From the NCBI GenBank assembly GCA_030390025.1, contig CM059432.1, positions 67,830,001-67,894,000 on the forward strand: DNA of 64,000 bases, in the 5' to 3' direction. Position 1 is the stretch's first letter; the number at the start of each line of letters is the position of its first letter. Shown here one piece after another: positions 62,214 to 64,000 of this stretch. The translations under genes and the position numbers were made by a program. The notes below the pieces were generated by a model. The model had not been told where the DNA came from, ran no database searches, and saw nothing but the letters and a program-made list of their open reading frames with translations. This DNA comes from Squalus acanthias. Taxonomy: Eukaryota.

Positions 62214-63058
62214 GGGCTGGATTTTACCAGCCCTGAGGAGGCGGGTTTGGAGGTGGGACTGCTGGGAAAGTCAAAAAGAATGGGAGCAGGTCCCGAACCC
62301 GCTCCCAACCCGGCTCCAACCAGTCTTCCCGGGAGTCGGGTCCCCGATTTGCACAGGGACCCAACTCCTAGCGGCGGGAAGAGAATTATATTCACTTAAC
62401 TGCCTGTTAACAGGCTTTTCCCAATTTTTCGACTGCTGCTGTGGGCTTCCCGACGTCGGGGAACCCCGCCAGGGTAAGTGAGGCGTGCCGTGGGTCTGTT
62501 GTTATGTTGGTGTTTGGATGACAGCTGCAGAAGTGGTGTGAAAGATGCAATGGGACAATGGTTAATATCAGAGGTAAGGAAATGTTGTGAAAGTAATTTT
62601 TAATGTGGTTAAATGTTTCTGCAGGTGACAAGCTGTGAAGTGTTTGTGTAGTCTCATCTCATCGGGAGAAGTGACAGATGGCTTCTGCAATCTCAGCTGC
62701 AACTGCCATCTGTTTTATCCTAAGGAGAGAGTAATTGGAGAGCCTGGTTTCAAGGGCCCACCTGTGTACAGTGATTGTCAGTGTTTGACAGCACCTCAAT
62801 GCTGTCAAACACTGACAATTCATCTGTCAAACAAGAGTGGTACATATGCCTTTAAGAAAACTGGCAGATGAAGCATCATCAACTGACGTCATCTGACACC
62901 GGCTTTCCCTTAATTGGCCCGCGAACCCGCAGGGCGGGCTTAACAAGGCCAATCAGGGCAAAATAGTGTCTGTTCGTCAGACGTCGCTGGGGGCGGGACT
63001 AGAACCCGGAAGGCAGCAGTCCTGCCCCCAACTCGTCTCGGTATGTAAAATCTAGCCC
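62214..63058. mobile_element. Harbinger-type MITE
   Basis: TIRs GGGCTGGATTTTAC / GTAAAATCTAGCCC; layout resembles 28863-29706. Confidence 0.8.
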
Positions 63059-63059
63059 G

Positions 63060-63320
63060 TAGTGTGGGAGAATAAATGAGCAGATGCTGCATCTCTTGCG
63101 TTTGCATCAGAAGGTACGAGGGAAGGACAGCTGGAAGTAGGGTTGGTGAAAGAATCAACAAGACAATCAACAAGAGATCAGCTCCTCTGAAAGGTGAGAG
63201 GGGAGGGGGAAATATGCTTAGTTATGGAATTGTTTTGTAGGTAATGGAAATGGCTGAAGATGACATGGCAAATGCAAAGTCTGGTCAATGGAAGGTGAGG
63301 ACAAGGGGTATGTTGTTGTT
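63060..63320 (-). mobile_element. Decayed Penelope-like fragment
   Basis: Resembles 13210-13480. Confidence 0.5.
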
Positions 63321-63363
63321 ATAGTAGTAGTAATTGTATCAGTAGCTGTAATAATACAGGTAT

Positions 63364-64000
63364 GGTAGCATAGTGGTTATGTTACTGCACTAGTAATCCA
63401 GAGGCCTGGCCTAATAATCCGAAGACGTGAGTTCAAACTCCACCATGGCAGCTGGGGAATTTAAATTCAGTTAATGAAATAAATCTGGAATAAAAAGCTA
63501 GTATCAGTAATGGTGACCACAAAACTACCAGATTATCGTAAAAACCCATCTGGTTCACTAATGTCCTTTAGGAAAGAAAATCTGCTGCCCTTACCTGGTC
63601 TGGCCTATATGTAACTCCAAACCCACAGCAATGTGGTTGACTCTTGACTGCCCTCTAAAATGTCCGAGCAAGCCATTCAGTTGTAACAAACCACTACAAG
63701 AAACAATAATAAGAATAAAACCAGACGGATCGACCGGCTTCAGACACAACAACAGCACACGTGGCCCACTCGACCCTGCAAAATCCTCCTCACTTGCATT
63801 TGGGGACTTGTGCCAAAATTGTGAGAGCTGTCCCACAGACTAGTCAAGCAACAACCTGACATAGTCATACTCACAGAATCCTCCCTCTCTGCCAATCCAC
63901 AGTGGTGTATAGTCATCAACATGGCATCAGGTCAAACATGGGCAAGGAAACCTCCTGCTGATTACCATCTACCGCCCTCCCTCAGCTGATGAATCAGTAC
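63364..64000 (+). mobile_element. tRNA-like head followed by the start of a LINE APE endonuclease
   Basis: Box A-like TAGCATAGTGG and box B-like GAGTTCAAA, then ILLTCIWGLVPKL*ELSHRLVKQQPDIVILTES. Confidence 0.7.

Overview
This is eukaryotic genomic DNA made almost entirely of nested transposable elements. The repeat families suggest a cartilaginous fish (inference). No host protein-coding gene was recognised. The window holds many CR1-type LINE copies, including one near full-length copy with an SGNH-esterase ORF1. It also holds a second LINE family with a tRNA-like 5' head, Penelope-like GIY-YIG retroelements with minimal hammerhead ribozymes, PIF/Harbinger transposons (spliced Myb/SANT gene plus DDE transposase) with many derived MITEs, a solo LTR and a 31-32 bp minisatellite. 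The standout is an 8.76-kb LTR provirus at 52085-60848. It has 1416-bp LTRs about 98% identical, a 4-bp CTAA target-site duplication, a tRNA-Arg-like primer-binding site and a polypurine tract. It carries gag and a class I fusion env of F-protein type with an apparent Ig-like domain, but no pol. In place of pol, an in-frame ORF follows the gag UGA-C stop and contains a diverged copy of the Gag coiled coil.
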